From assembly GCA_965205215.1 (NCBI GenBank), contig OZ242041.1, positions 1,088,001 through 1,152,000 on the forward strand: DNA of 64,000 nt, read 5' to 3'. This document shows, piece after piece, positions 31,063 to 40,887 of the stretch. The position numbers and the translations under genes are program-made. Numbering within the stretch: position 1 is the first letter of the stretch; each line of letters starts with the position of its first letter. The DNA is from Nitrosopumilus sp. Its GTDB lineage: Archaea > Thermoproteota > Nitrososphaeria > Nitrososphaerales > Nitrosopumilaceae. The notes under the pieces are model-generated. The model was not told where the DNA came from. It was given only the letters and a program-made list of their open reading frames with translations, and ran no database searches.

Positions 31063-34000
31063 CGGCGGCGCCCTCGCGCTCTACGGCGCCAGCCGCATCG
31101 CCGCCTTTGAGATCAACGGCTCCCCGTACGCCGCCGCCATGGGGCTCGACGGCGGCGTCCAGCTGATCGACTTGTCCGACCCGCAGAACCCGCGGGCGGC
31201 CGGCGTGGTAAGCGATCTCCCCCTGATAGCCAAGACCGGGAATGCCGCCGTCTTCGGGATTGGCACCGCCCTGTACGCAGCGGTCGCCGGCGGCGACGCG
31301 GTCCAGACCGTGTTCGTGGCGGACCCGGCCGCCCCCGCCTTTGACGTGCCCGACGACGCCGAACACGGCGGCACCCTCAACTTTACGCTCACCGTCACCG
31401 ACGCGGTGTCCCAGGAGTCCGCCGCGGATGAGGTCACCGTGACGGTCCTGGCGCCGCCGCGGGCCGACGCGGGGCCCGACGCGGTGACGGCCCGGAACCT
31501 GCTCGTCACCCTGGACGGCTCGAACTCGACGGGCTACAACATCGCCTACTCGTGGGAGCAGACGGCGGGCGCCCCTACGGTGACGCTCGCGGGGGCAGAC
31601 ACGGCCTCGCCCTCCTTCCAGGCGCCCGGCACCACCGCAACCCTCGAGTTCACCCTCACCGTCACGGACTCGGAGAACCGGACCGCGACGGACGCAGTCA
31701 ACGTGACCGTCCTGCCCCCGGCCCCCGCGGCCGACGCCGGGGAAAACGTGACGGTGGCCCCCGGCCATACGGTCGCGCTGGACGGCTCGGGCTCCACGGG
31801 CTCCGGCATCACCTTTTCGTGGGAGCAGACGGGGGGCGCCCCGGCCGTGCAGCTCACGGGCGCCGACACGGCCTCGCCCTCCTTCCGGGCGCCCGGCACC
31901 GCCGCAATCCTCGAGTTCACCCTCACCGTCACGGACTCGGCGAACCGGACCGCCGCGGCCGCCGTCCGGGTGACGGTCCCGCCGCCCCCCGTAGCCGACG
32001 CGGGGCCCGACCAGGCGGCGGCCCCCGGCGGCACGGTCACGCTGGACGGCTCGGGCTCCACGGGCCTCGACATCACCTTTTCGTGGGAGCAGACGGGGGG
32101 CGCCCCGGCAGTCCGCCTTGACATAGTCGACCCCCGGCCGGCGGGGCATCTCGCCGACACGGACTCCCTCCTGCTTGGCGGCGCCGAGAACGTCGCCACC
32201 TTCGAGCACGGCGGTACAACGTACGCCGCGGTCGTCGCGCTGTACGACGACGGCGTCCAGCTGATCAATTTGTCCGACCCCTCAATCCCGCGTGCGGCGG
32301 GCCAGCTTAGCGACACGGAATCCCTCGCGCTCGACGACCCGACTGACATAGCCGTCTTCGAGCACTCCGGGATACCGTACGCCGCGGTCACCTCGTTTGG
32401 CGAGGACGGCGTCCAGATAGTCAACATGTCCGACCCCGACAACCCGCGGGCGGCGGGCCATCTTATGCACGGGTCCTCGACCTTGCTCGAGTCCCCCACG
32501 TACATCGCCGCATTCGAGCGCAACGGCACCGCGTACGCGGTGGTCACCTCGTCATACGACGACGGCGTCCAGATAGTCAACATGTCCGACCCCGCAGACC
32601 CGCGGGCGGCGGGCCGAATCGGGGACAACGGCACCCTCCTGCTCGGCGACGCGAGCGACATAGCCACCTTCGAGTCCGGCGGCGCCACGTACGCGGCAGT
32701 CGCCTCGTTTGGCGAGCACGGCGTCCAGCTGATTGACGTGTCCGACCCCGCTGACCCGCGTGCGGCGGGCAGCATCGCCGACACCACCGGCACCCTGCTC
32801 AACAATACGTCCGGCATCGCCGCCTTCGAGCACGGCGGCACCGCGTACGCGGCCGTCGCCTCGCAGGACGACGCCGGCGTCCAGATAATCAACATGTCAA
32901 ACCCCGCAGACCCGCGGGCGGCGGGCCAGCTCGCCGGCACCGCCGGCACCCTGCTTGCCGAAGCCCAGAACATCGCCACCTTCGAGGCGGGCGGCCTTAC
33001 CTACGCCGCCGTCACCTCGCTTGAAGGCGGCGTCCAGATCATCGACCTCTCGAACCCCGAGAAGCCGCGGCCCGCCGGCCGGCTCGCCGCCACTGCCGCC
33101 GGCACCCTGCTCGCCGAAACCTACGGCATCGCCGTCTTCGAGGCGGGCGGCAGCACCTACGCCGCGGTCGGCTCTGTGCCCCAGTCACCCCGCGCCGTCC
33201 AAGGCGTCCAGATAATCGACCTCCTTGACCGCTCGGCCCCGACGTTCACCGCCCCGGCCGCCACCCCCGCGGCCCTCGAGTTCACCCTCACCGTCACGGA
33301 CGCGGGGAACCGGACCGCCGCAGATGCAGTCACGGTGACGGTCCGGGATGCGGCGTCCACTAACAGAGCGCCCGTCGCGGACGCCGGGGACGACCAGACT
33401 GTCAATGAGGGGGCCGCCGTGATCCTTGACGGCTCCGGCTCGTCGGACCTCGACGCGGGTGACACCATCGCGTACTCTTGGCGCCAGACTGCGGGCAGCC
33501 CTACGGTGTCGCTCTCAAACGCCACCGTGCAGCGCCCCGCGTTCACGGCCCCCGAGGTGTCGTCGGACACCGTCCTCGCATTCGAGCTTACCGTATCCGA
33601 CGGGTCCCTGTCGGACACCGATACCGTCAACGTCACCGTAAGGCACGTCAACCGCGCACCCGCCGCGGACGCCGGCGACGACCAGACGGTCACGCAGGGC
33701 GCCGCCGTGACCCTTGACGGCTCCGGCTCGTCGGACCCCGACGCGGGCGACACCATCGCGTACTCTTGGCGCCAGACGGCCGGAACGACGGTCACGCTCA
33801 CGGGCGCGGACACCGCAGCACCGTCGTTCACCGCCCCCGCGGGCCCCGCCACCCTCGTATTCAACCTTACAGTAACCGACTCGGCGTCCCTGGCCGCCCA
33901 CGACGCCGTTACGGTCGCCGTACCGGAGATGACGGTGGATGCCGGGCCCAACCAGTCGGCAACCGTAGGCGACGCGGTCACGCTCACGGGCACTGTGCAG

Positions 34001-36850
34001 AACGCGGGCAGCGGGGCCGCGTACCGGTGGACCCAGGACTCCCCGGCGGCCCCGGTCATACCCATAGCCAACAACGACACGCGCGTTGCCACCTTCACGG
34101 CCCCCGCCGTCACGGCGGACACCGCGTTCACGTTCCGGCTGTCTGTCACCGCCGGCACCGTCACCAAGAGCGACACCATTGCAGTCACCGTCCGGGACTC
34201 GACGCCCGCAAACAGCAAGCCCGCCGCGGACGCCGGAGCGGACCAGGCGGTCGACGAGAGGGGGGCCGTGACGCTTGACGGCTCCGGCTCGTCGGATCCC
34301 GACGGTGACCCCATAACGTACTCTTGGCGCCAGACGGCGGGAACTCAGGTCACGCTCTCGAACGCCACCATACAGCGCCCCGCGTTCACCGCCCCCGAGG
34401 TCACAACGGACGCCGTTCTCACCTTTGCGCTTGCGGTATCCGACGGCTCCCTGTCAGATACGGACGCCGTCAACGTCACCGTAAGGCACGTCAACCGCGC
34501 GCCCGTAGCCGACGCGGGGGACGACCGGACGGTAAGCGGGGGCGCCGTTGTGACGCTTGACGGCTCCGGCTCGTCTGACCCCGACGCGGGCGACACTATC
34601 GCGTACTCGTGGGCAAGCAATGAAACGACCCAGAGGACGCTGACCGGCCAAAACCCGGCGTTTACGGCGCCAAGCGTCACGTCCGCCACGGCCATCACGT
34701 TCACCCTCACGGTATCCGACGGCTCCCTGTCAGACACGGACACGGTCGTCATAACGGTGCAGGACGTTCCGCAGCCGCCGCCATCACCGCCGCCATCACC
34801 GCCGCCATCACCGCCGCCATCACCGCCGCCATCACCGCCGCCATCACCACCACCACCCGCGCCCGCAAACATGGCGCCCGACGCGGACGCCGGGGACGAC
34901 CGGACGGTGGACGAGGGCGCCCCCGTAACGCTCGACGGCTCGGGCTCGTCGGACCCCGACGGCGACCCCGTCACGTACTCGTGGCGCCAGACGGCGGGCA
35001 GCCTGGCGGTCACGCTGTCCGACACCACCGTACAGCGCCCGACGTTCACGGCCCCCGAGGTGTCGTCGGACACCGCCCTCACCTTTGCGCTCACCGTATC
35101 CGACGGGTCCCTGTCGGATACCGACACGGTCACGATAACGGTAAGGGACGCCACCTCCCCCGCGCCGCCGCCCGCAAACATGGCGCCCGACGCGGACGCC
35201 GGGGACGACCGGACGGTGGACGAGGGCGCCCCCGTAACGCTCGACGGCTCGGGCTCGTCGGACCCCGACGGCGACCCCGTCACGTACTCGTGGCGCCAGA
35301 CGGCGGGCAGCCTGGCGGTCACGCTGTCCGATGCCACCGTGCAGCGCCCGACGTTCACGGCCCCCGAGGTGTCGTCGGACACCGCCCTCACCTTTGCGCT
35401 CACCGTATCCGACGGGTCCCTGTCGGATACCGACACGGTCACGATAACGGTAAGGGACGCCACCTCCCCCGCGCCGCCGCCCGCAAACATGGCGCCCGAC
35501 GCGGACGCCGGGGACGACCGGACGGTGGACGAGGGCGCCCCCGTAACGCTCGACGGCTCGGGCTCGTCGGACCCCGACGGCGACCCCGTCACGTACTCGT
35601 GGCGCCAGACGGCGGGCAGCCTGGCGGTCACGCTGTCCGATGCCACCGTGCAGCGCCCGACGTTCACGGCCCCCGAGGTGTCGTCGGACACCGCCCTCAC
35701 CTTTGCGCTCACCGTATCCGACGGCTCCCTGTCCGACACGGCCACCGTTGTCATAACTGTCCGGGACGCGCCGCCGCCGCCCCCGGGCGCGGGACTGGGT
35801 CCGGAAAACGTCACCATAGTCACTTTATACAACGCCGCCATAACGGACGCGGCCGTGTCATCCGACGGCTCCGTCCTGATCGTGACCGCCACCACCCCCA
35901 ACGGCACCGGTACCATACTCTCGTACGACCTGCCCGTGCGCCACGACCCGGCGTCCGCAGTTCCGCGCAACGGCACGGTGGGGATCCCGGCAGAGTACGG
36001 GCAGCCCACCAGCGTTACCGTATCGCCGGACGGCACGAGGATGTTAGTTACCACGGAGGCGTCCGCTGGGGGCTCTTCCTCCCCCGCGTCCGCGCTGCCG
36101 CCGGCCCCGCCGGCCCCGGCCCTCCTCGGACGCGGCGGCCACGCGCCCGCGTTCCTGCCACTGTCGCCCTCCTCCCCGGCCGCCGGCATCGCGCCCCCGC
36201 ATACGGCGTCTTTCCACGACGGAGCCACCGCCACGTACATGCTCGGGTATTCGCTCTCCTCGCCCTTTGACATCTCGACTGCCGTCCTCTCAGATCCAGA
36301 CCTGCTCTCCCCCGGCCGGCTCTCCTCCCCCCCCGCCGGCGCGGCGTTCTCCGGCAACGGCACCATGATGTACGTCGCCGTCCCCTCGCCTGCAGGAGGC
36401 GGCTTCGTACGCTCGTACACCCTGGCGGCCCCGTTCGACCCGTCGTCCCGCGCCCCCGCGGCCGCCCTTCAGGTGCCGCCCTCGCGCGGCGCCATATCGG
36501 ACGTGGCCGTGTCCGCGGACGGTACGGTCATGCTCGTGACGGCCTCCGCCCCCGCCCCCGCCCCCGGCGGCGGCGCCATGCTCTCGTACGCCCTGCCCGC
36601 GCCCTTTGACCTCTCGACCGCGTCCCCGGCCCCGGCCGCGTCCGTGGACGTCCCGGCCGCGCGCGGCGCGCCCGTGGGTATAGCGTTCTTTGGCGACAAC
36701 GGCAGGGCCGCCCTGGTGGCGGCCGCTCTCGCCCCTTCCGGCGGCCAGCCCCCCTCGGCCGACGCCCCGCGCGCGGTGCCGCTGCCCGCCCATCCGGCGG
36801 CCGCGCCGCCCGCGATCCCGGATCTGCTCCCCCTGCTGGTCTGCAGGTGA
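31052..36850 (+). CDS. Giant LVIVD/PKD surface protein, 3' part (continuation in shifted frame)
   Basis: Begins mid-repeat with no signal peptide; same repeat families, PKD stack, (PPPS)n linker, divergent C-terminal domain. Confidence 0.85.
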   Translation: MISDGGALALYGASRIAAFEINGSPYAAAMGLDGGVQLIDLSDPQNPRAAGVVSDLPLIAKTGNAAVFGIGTALYAAVAGGDAVQTVFVADPAAPAFDVPDDAEHGGTLNFTLTVTDAVSQESAADEVTVTVLAPPRADAGPDAVTARNLLVTLDGSNSTGYNIAYSWEQTAGAPTVTLAGADTASPSFQAPGTTATLEFTLTVTDSENRTATDAVNVTVLPPAPAADAGENVTVAPGHTVALDGSGSTGSGITFSWEQTGGAPAVQLTGADTASPSFRAPGTAAILEFTLTVTDSANRTAAAAVRVTVPPPPVADAGPDQAAAPGGTVTLDGSGSTGLDITFSWEQTGGAPAVRLDIVDPRPAGHLADTDSLLLGGAENVATFEHGGTTYAAVVALYDDGVQLINLSDPSIPRAAGQLSDTESLALDDPTDIAVFEHSGIPYAAVTSFGEDGVQIVNMSDPDNPRAAGHLMHGSSTLLESPTYIAAFERNGTAYAVVTSSYDDGVQIVNMSDPADPRAAGRIGDNGTLLLGDASDIATFESGGATYAAVASFGEHGVQLIDVSDPADPRAAGSIADTTGTLLNNTSGIAAFEHGGTAYAAVASQDDAGVQIINMSNPADPRAAGQLAGTAGTLLAEAQNIATFEAGGLTYAAVTSLEGGVQIIDLSNPEKPRPAGRLAATAAGTLLAETYGIAVFEAGGSTYAAVGSVPQSPRAVQGVQIIDLLDRSAPTFTAPAATPAALEFTLTVTDAGNRTAADAVTVTVRDAASTNRAPVADAGDDQTVNEGAAVILDGSGSSDLDAGDTIAYSWRQTAGSPTVSLSNATVQRPAFTAPEVSSDTVLAFELTVSDGSLSDTDTVNVTVRHVNRAPAADAGDDQTVTQGAAVTLDGSGSSDPDAGDTIAYSWRQTAGTTVTLTGADTAAPSFTAPAGPATLVFNLTVTDSASLAAHDAVTVAVPEMTVDAGPNQSATVGDAVTLTGTVQNAGSGAAYRWTQDSPAAPVIPIANNDTRVATFTAPAVTADTAFTFRLSVTAGTVTKSDTIAVTVRDSTPANSKPAADAGADQAVDERGAVTLDGSGSSDPDGDPITYSWRQTAGTQVTLSNATIQRPAFTAPEVTTDAVLTFALAVSDGSLSDTDAVNVTVRHVNRAPVADAGDDRTVSGGAVVTLDGSGSSDPDAGDTIAYSWASNETTQRTLTGQNPAFTAPSVTSATAITFTLTVSDGSLSDTDTVVITVQDVPQPPPSPPPSPPPSPPPSPPPSPPPSPPPPAPANMAPDADAGDDRTVDEGAPVTLDGSGSSDPDGDPVTYSWRQTAGSLAVTLSDTTVQRPTFTAPEVSSDTALTFALTVSDGSLSDTDTVTITVRDATSPAPPPANMAPDADAGDDRTVDEGAPVTLDGSGSSDPDGDPVTYSWRQTAGSLAVTLSDATVQRPTFTAPEVSSDTALTFALTVSDGSLSDTDTVTITVRDATSPAPPPANMAPDADAGDDRTVDEGAPVTLDGSGSSDPDGDPVTYSWRQTAGSLAVTLSDATVQRPTFTAPEVSSDTALTFALTVSDGSLSDTATVVITVRDAPPPPPGAGLGPENVTIVTLYNAAITDAAVSSDGSVLIVTATTPNGTGTILSYDLPVRHDPASAVPRNGTVGIPAEYGQPTSVTVSPDGTRMLVTTEASAGGSSSPASALPPAPPAPALLGRGGHAPAFLPLSPSSPAAGIAPPHTASFHDGATATYMLGYSLSSPFDISTAVLSDPDLLSPGRLSSPPAGAAFSGNGTMMYVAVPSPAGGGFVRSYTLAAPFDPSSRAPAAALQVPPSRGAISDVAVSADGTVMLVTASAPAPAPGGGAMLSYALPAPFDLSTASPAPAASVDVPAARGAPVGIAFFGDNGRAALVAAALAPSGGQPPSADAPRAVPLPAHPAAAPPAIPDLLPLLVCR
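34775..34846 (+). repeat. 12-bp tandem repeat (CCGCCGCCATCA)x6 encoding (PPPS)n linker
   Basis: Read directly. Confidence 0.92.
34861..35745 (+). repeat. 309-bp tandem repeat x~3 (near-identical PKD domains)
   Basis: GCCCGCAAACATGGCGCCCGAC recurs at 34861, 35170, 35479. Confidence 0.92.
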
Positions 36851-37019
36851 TCCCTCCCGGCCGTACACAGCCGGCCAAATGGCCGCGCTTTTTACAAGTC
36901 GTCCAAAGGAGCCATCAGTCAAATGTGGGAGCTCGACGGTATGACGGAGACGTGTGTGGGGCCGCGGCGCCTGCCGCTTCTCCCGCCCACGCTCCCGGTG
37001 TTGTACCCTATGCCCCGTC

Positions 37020-37091
37020 CCCGTCCTAGTGCTGGTGCCCGTCCTAGTGCTGGTGCCCGTCCTAGTGCTGGTGCCCGTCCTAGTGCTGGTG
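37020..37091. repeat. 18-bp tandem repeat (CCCGTCCTAGTGCTGGTG)x4
   Basis: Four perfect head-to-tail copies, intergenic. Confidence 0.92.
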
Positions 37092-37653
37092 CCCGGCGTC
37101 TGTCAAAGTCTAAAGTCTACAAAGTCGAAGACATTGACGACACCCGTACCCGGATGCCCAGAGAGTCTACAAGACGCCTCATGTGGGAGCGCGGAGAAGG
37201 GGCACAAACGTGATGTGCTCTGGGCGCCAAGACATGTTGCGCGGTTGGTACGTGTGGCGGAGGCCGGCGGCGCGCCGCTGGCCGGACGTGCCTTTCGCGG
37301 GAAGCCGGGCCGCCAGGCCCGGCTGTAGTGGGAGGGGGCCGCCGCCAGGCGGCCCCCGGTTGTTTCGGGATCGTCGCGCGTGGGGAACGTTCGTTTTTCT
37401 ATATCTGTGGGTAAATGCGAGTCCTGGCGCCTGCCTGCCCGATGCGGCGTGCCGGGCCGGAGCGTTGCCCGGATGCATGTTCTGCACGTGTACGGTGCAT
37501 ATCATGCGTCTGGGATGTGCGGATTGTGCATGCCGGAAAGTCCCGGAAATGCAGATTGTGTACCGTACGCGTGCAGATTGTGCACGCGGGGGACGCCTTG
37601 CGGGCCGCGCTCGTGCACATTGGGCCTTTTATGCATACGGGAGCCTGCGGCGC

Positions 37654-37977
37654 GTGGAGCTTGAAGATGTCCAGAGAAAGGTCCAGTTCCGGCAGGGATC
37701 CTATGTCGTGACCATACCGCTCCGGATAGTACACGCGCTGGGAATCCGCAAGAGTCAGTACGTCAGGTTCGCCGTCTCAAAGAACAAGATCATCATAAAG
37801 CCCGTCGAGTCCAACATTACGAAAAAGGACGTGGCCGAGGCAGACCGGGACTCTGCCGCGCTCGACAGGTACGGGGAGCGGGAGGACGCCGGCTACATGG
37901 GGGACCTCGCCGAGGCCCTGGCGCGCAGGCCGGATGATGCGGGGTTCGGCCGAATCGAGAAGCTCAGGATGAAGTGA
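37654..37977 (+). CDS. AbrB/MazE/SpoVT-family DNA-binding protein
   Basis: RKVQFRQGSYVVTIPLRIVHALGIRKSQYVRF...IIIKP swapped-hairpin pattern; TTTTAT at ~37627 before GTG. Confidence 0.82.
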   Translation: MELEDVQRKVQFRQGSYVVTIPLRIVHALGIRKSQYVRFAVSKNKIIIKPVESNITKKDVAEADRDSAALDRYGEREDAGYMGDLAEALARRPDDAGFGRIEKLRMK

Positions 37978-38894
37978 TAGCCGAAGGCCTCTTTTTCTGC
38001 CCCCTCGTCCGGCCGCCCCCCGATTCCTTGTCCGGGGGCTCTCGGCCCATACGTGACACTCTGCCAAGTCCTGCTTGGTGTACGCTTTATCATGCTGTAC
38101 GTGACGTGTTCCGGGCGGTTCCGAGTCCAGCTTGCGGGTTACATCGCGGCGCTTACCGAGACCTCCCGGGAAGTCACAGGCCGCCAAGTCGGCCCGGTCC
38201 CTGCCCTTTTAGATCCGCTGGGTGGCCGTGCCGCGAACAGCCCTTACCTGAGATGTGCCCGGACCGTCTTTGTCGCCGGACCTGCTGGTGCCCGTGCTGG
38301 TGCCTGCCTGCCTGCCTGCCAGAGTCGACAAAGTCGCGCCCGGAGCCTGTTGTTGGAGGGAACAGCTGGCTTCGCTGAGGCGGAATCGACAGGATGGGTG
38401 TAACACGCCGACACGGCGGGCAATCTAATGCCAGTGGCCCGGCCGCTTGATTCGTCCGCGTCCGATGAAAATGGGAGCGCAGGCGCGAAGAGCCCCCACG
38501 ATACGGCCCTCTCGTGCAGGATCGGCGACGGGCGTCCGACCATCCCGGGACGGGAAAGACCCTGAGACTAGAGTTGCTGGATGGCCTGACCCACATCGGG
38601 GACGGCCGTGACGGAACGCGCCCAGGAGCGTGACATCGTGGACGGGACAGCCGCGCCAGATCTTGGGCCGCGTGACGTCGCGCGCGATGTTCTGACCCTG
38701 CTGCCCTGAAGTTGCCCGGGGCGGACTCGCGCCTGCCCGGTGGACTCCCGGCCCTGCCGGAGGGGCGCCGGCTTGGCGGCGCCCCGTATGTGAAACGTGT
38801 CGGGGGATCTCCGGTTGTCGTCTGGGTGACGTGCCAGTATGCGAGTGGTGTGTTCGACTCGTGCCGTCAAATTATGAGCGCGCTCTGGGAGCTT

Positions 38895-39072
38895 TGCGCG
38901 CCCGCCAGAAGCGCCAAAAGCGCCATCTGCGCGCCCGCCAGAAGCGCCAAAAGCGCCATCTGCGCGCCCGCCAGAAGCGCCAAAAGCGCCATCTGCGCGC
39001 CCGCCAGAAGCGCCAAAAGCGCCATTCGCGCCCTTTGCGCGCCCGCCAGAAGCGCCCTTTGCGCGCCCTTTT
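38895..39072. repeat. 33-bp tandem repeat (TGCGCGCCCGCCAGAAGCGCCAAAAGCGCCATC)x4 plus degenerate copies
   Basis: Units start 38895, 38928, 38961, 38994; ends just before the TTAAA box of the next gene. Confidence 0.92.
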
Positions 39073-39103
39073 CTCCTTAAACGGATCTGGAATGTCACCG
39101 ACC

Positions 39104-39415
39104 ATGGATGGAGGGAAGACGCTGGAGCGGAGGATTCAGCTGAGGGGGCGCTCCTTTGTGCTGACGATCCCGCGGGACGTGATGGAAAAGATGAAGATCC
39201 GCAACGGGCAGAGCGTAAGATTCCTGGTTGGGGATGGGGAGGTCGTGCTCAGGCCCATGAGCGCGGGGGCGGGCGACAGTGCCGCGGACTCCGCCGAACC
39301 CGACAAGTACGCGAAGGCCATAGAGGAGATGATGGCCAAGAACGAATCCGAAAGGTCCGGCGGCCGGAGTGCGGCACCCCGGAGGAGCAAGCTGGAAAGG
39401 CTCCAGATCAAGTGA
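39104..39415 (+). CDS. AbrB/MazE/SpoVT-family DNA-binding protein (paralog)
   Basis: RRIQLRGRSFVLTIPRDVMEKMKIRNGQSVRF...VVLRP; C-terminus SKLERLQIK resembles GRIEKLRMK of the first copy. Confidence 0.82.
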   Translation: MDGGKTLERRIQLRGRSFVLTIPRDVMEKMKIRNGQSVRFLVGDGEVVLRPMSAGAGDSAADSAEPDKYAKAIEEMMAKNESERSGGRSAAPRRSKLERLQIK

Positions 39416-39630
39416 CCGTGCCCGTCCCCCGCGTTTGCCGAAAACAGCCGAACCTGTCGGATCCTTGGGCCCTGAAACCGCACGCGGCCCCGCCCGGCCC
39501 CGCCCATGTGCCGCCGGATCGTCCCGCCGCGCCCCTGTCGTCTCCCGTGACGCCGCTGTACAGGCTGCCCGGCGCGCAGGCGGCCGGCCCGGGGCCGGCG
39601 GCATCCTACGGCCGCTGCCCGGCGCCGCTT

Positions 39631-40385
39631 CTGCCCCCGTGCCGGCAGATGCCCGGACTGTGCGGAGGGAGGAGCTGGCTGTAGCGTGACGGCAGCGACA
39701 GATCGTGATAATGGCGGTGCGGAAGGCGGCATACGCCGGGAGGCGCCATGGACGGCGCAGTACCCAAAAAGAATCACAGAGCTCTATGATTCTTTCTGGG
39801 TATCTGCCGCGGCCCGTTCCTGCCCCCGTGCCGGCCAGATGCCCGGATTGTATGGTGGGGGGGGGGGCGGAGCCGGTTAGCGTGACGGCAGCGGCAGGGG
39901 CGGACCATAGCATGCGGTGCGGAAAGCGGCATACGCCGGGAGGCGGCCCAGACGACGCAGTTACCCGGTAACAATCACGGAGCTTGTTGATCGTTTCCGG
40001 GTAACCGCCGCGGCCCGTTCCTGCACCCATGCCGGCCAGATGCCTAGATTGTGCGGGGGGCGGAGCCCATCATAGCGTGACGGCAGCGGCAGATCATGAT
40101 AATGACGGTGCGGAAGGCGGCATACGCCGGGAGGCGGCCCAGACGACGCAGTTACCCGGTAACAATCATAGTGCTCTATGATTGTTACCGGGTAACCGCC
40201 GCGGCCCGTTCCTGCACCCATGCCGGCCAGATGCCTGGATTGTGCGGGGGGCGGAGCCCATCATAGCGTGACGGCAGCGGCAGATCATGATAATGACGGT
40301 GCGGAAGGCGGCATACGCCGGGAGGCGGCCCAGACGATGTAGTACGCGGTAACAATCATAGAGCTCTATGATTCTTTCCGCGTAC
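39631..40385. repeat. Non-coding array of four ~190-bp units, each with a 42-46-bp palindrome
   Basis: Units start 39631, 39820, 40021, 40212; palindromes at 39761-39802, 39960-40005, 40151-40196, 40342-40385. Confidence 0.9.
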
Positions 40386-40529
40386 CCTCCTCCGCTCTTT
40401 TCCTCCACAGGCACTGCCACTCCGCAGGCCGGGCTGCACGCTCCACGCGTACGAGGTACCGGGGACATCAGCGGAAGAGTCCCCCGCCGGCGCCTCGTTG
40501 GAAAGTGGAATGCGCGTCCGCGCGCACGA

Positions 40530-40712
40530 TCAGGAACCGTTCTCCGTCCCGTCGCGCTCGTCTCCAAGGCCCAGGAGCGCCGCCCGCACGCGGGCCTGGT
40601 GGGCCCCCAGCGCCGCCCTGAGATCCGCAATCTGGACCCCCATGGACGCCATCTTGGATCTGATCAGCGCGATCTCGTCAGTGGAAATTGAGATTGAAAT
40701 CCTGTGCTTCAC
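40530..40712 (-). CDS. Ribbon-helix-helix (CopG-like) protein, 60 aa
   Basis: (M)KHRISISISTDEIALIRSKMASMGVQIADLRAAL = alternating beta strand, helix, G turn, helix; TTTAAA at 40735-40740 upstream of GTG. Confidence 0.55.
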   Translation of the reverse strand: MKHRISISISTDEIALIRSKMASMGVQIADLRAALGAHQARVRAALLGLGDERDGTENGS

Positions 40713-40887
40713 TATGCGTAGGCGCGCCTTTGCTTTTAAACACGGCATGCTTGCTTTTGCTTATAGCATGAAAAAACACGGCCGGCGGGTGCGGCAGGCC
40801 CTGCGCCGGTTCTGTCATGTGGTACGCGCCCCGGTCTCGGGGCGTGCGGGCGCGGGACGGGAAAACCGCGCGGCGGCTCCGCGCGGC

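Noticed and set aside
22920-36420. Long antisense and alternate-frame ORFs over the giant gene
   Set aside because: Shadow ORFs caused by high GC3 and repetitive coding sequence
22744-36850. Diversity-generating retroelement acting on the surface protein
   Set aside because: No reverse transcriptase and no repeat pair differing only at adenines
38831-39103. (RARQKRQKRHL)n N-terminal extension of the second AbrB protein
   Set aside because: Translation of the 33-bp repeat; a TATA-like box just before ATG 39092/39104 and the paralog's length favour the short start
37020-40385. 18-bp, 33-bp and ~190-bp repeats as CRISPR arrays
   Set aside because: Units are head-to-tail without unique equal-length spacers; no cas genes in the window
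39761-40385. Palindromes as canonical integron attC sites
   Set aside because: No consistent RYYYAAC/GTTRRRY ends, no cassette ORFs between them, and the integrase is a tRNA-targeting type
39095-40630. Minus-strand ORFs across the array (MGAGTGRGGYP...)
   Set aside because: The 191-bp unit shifts the frame, so the reading frame is not kept between units
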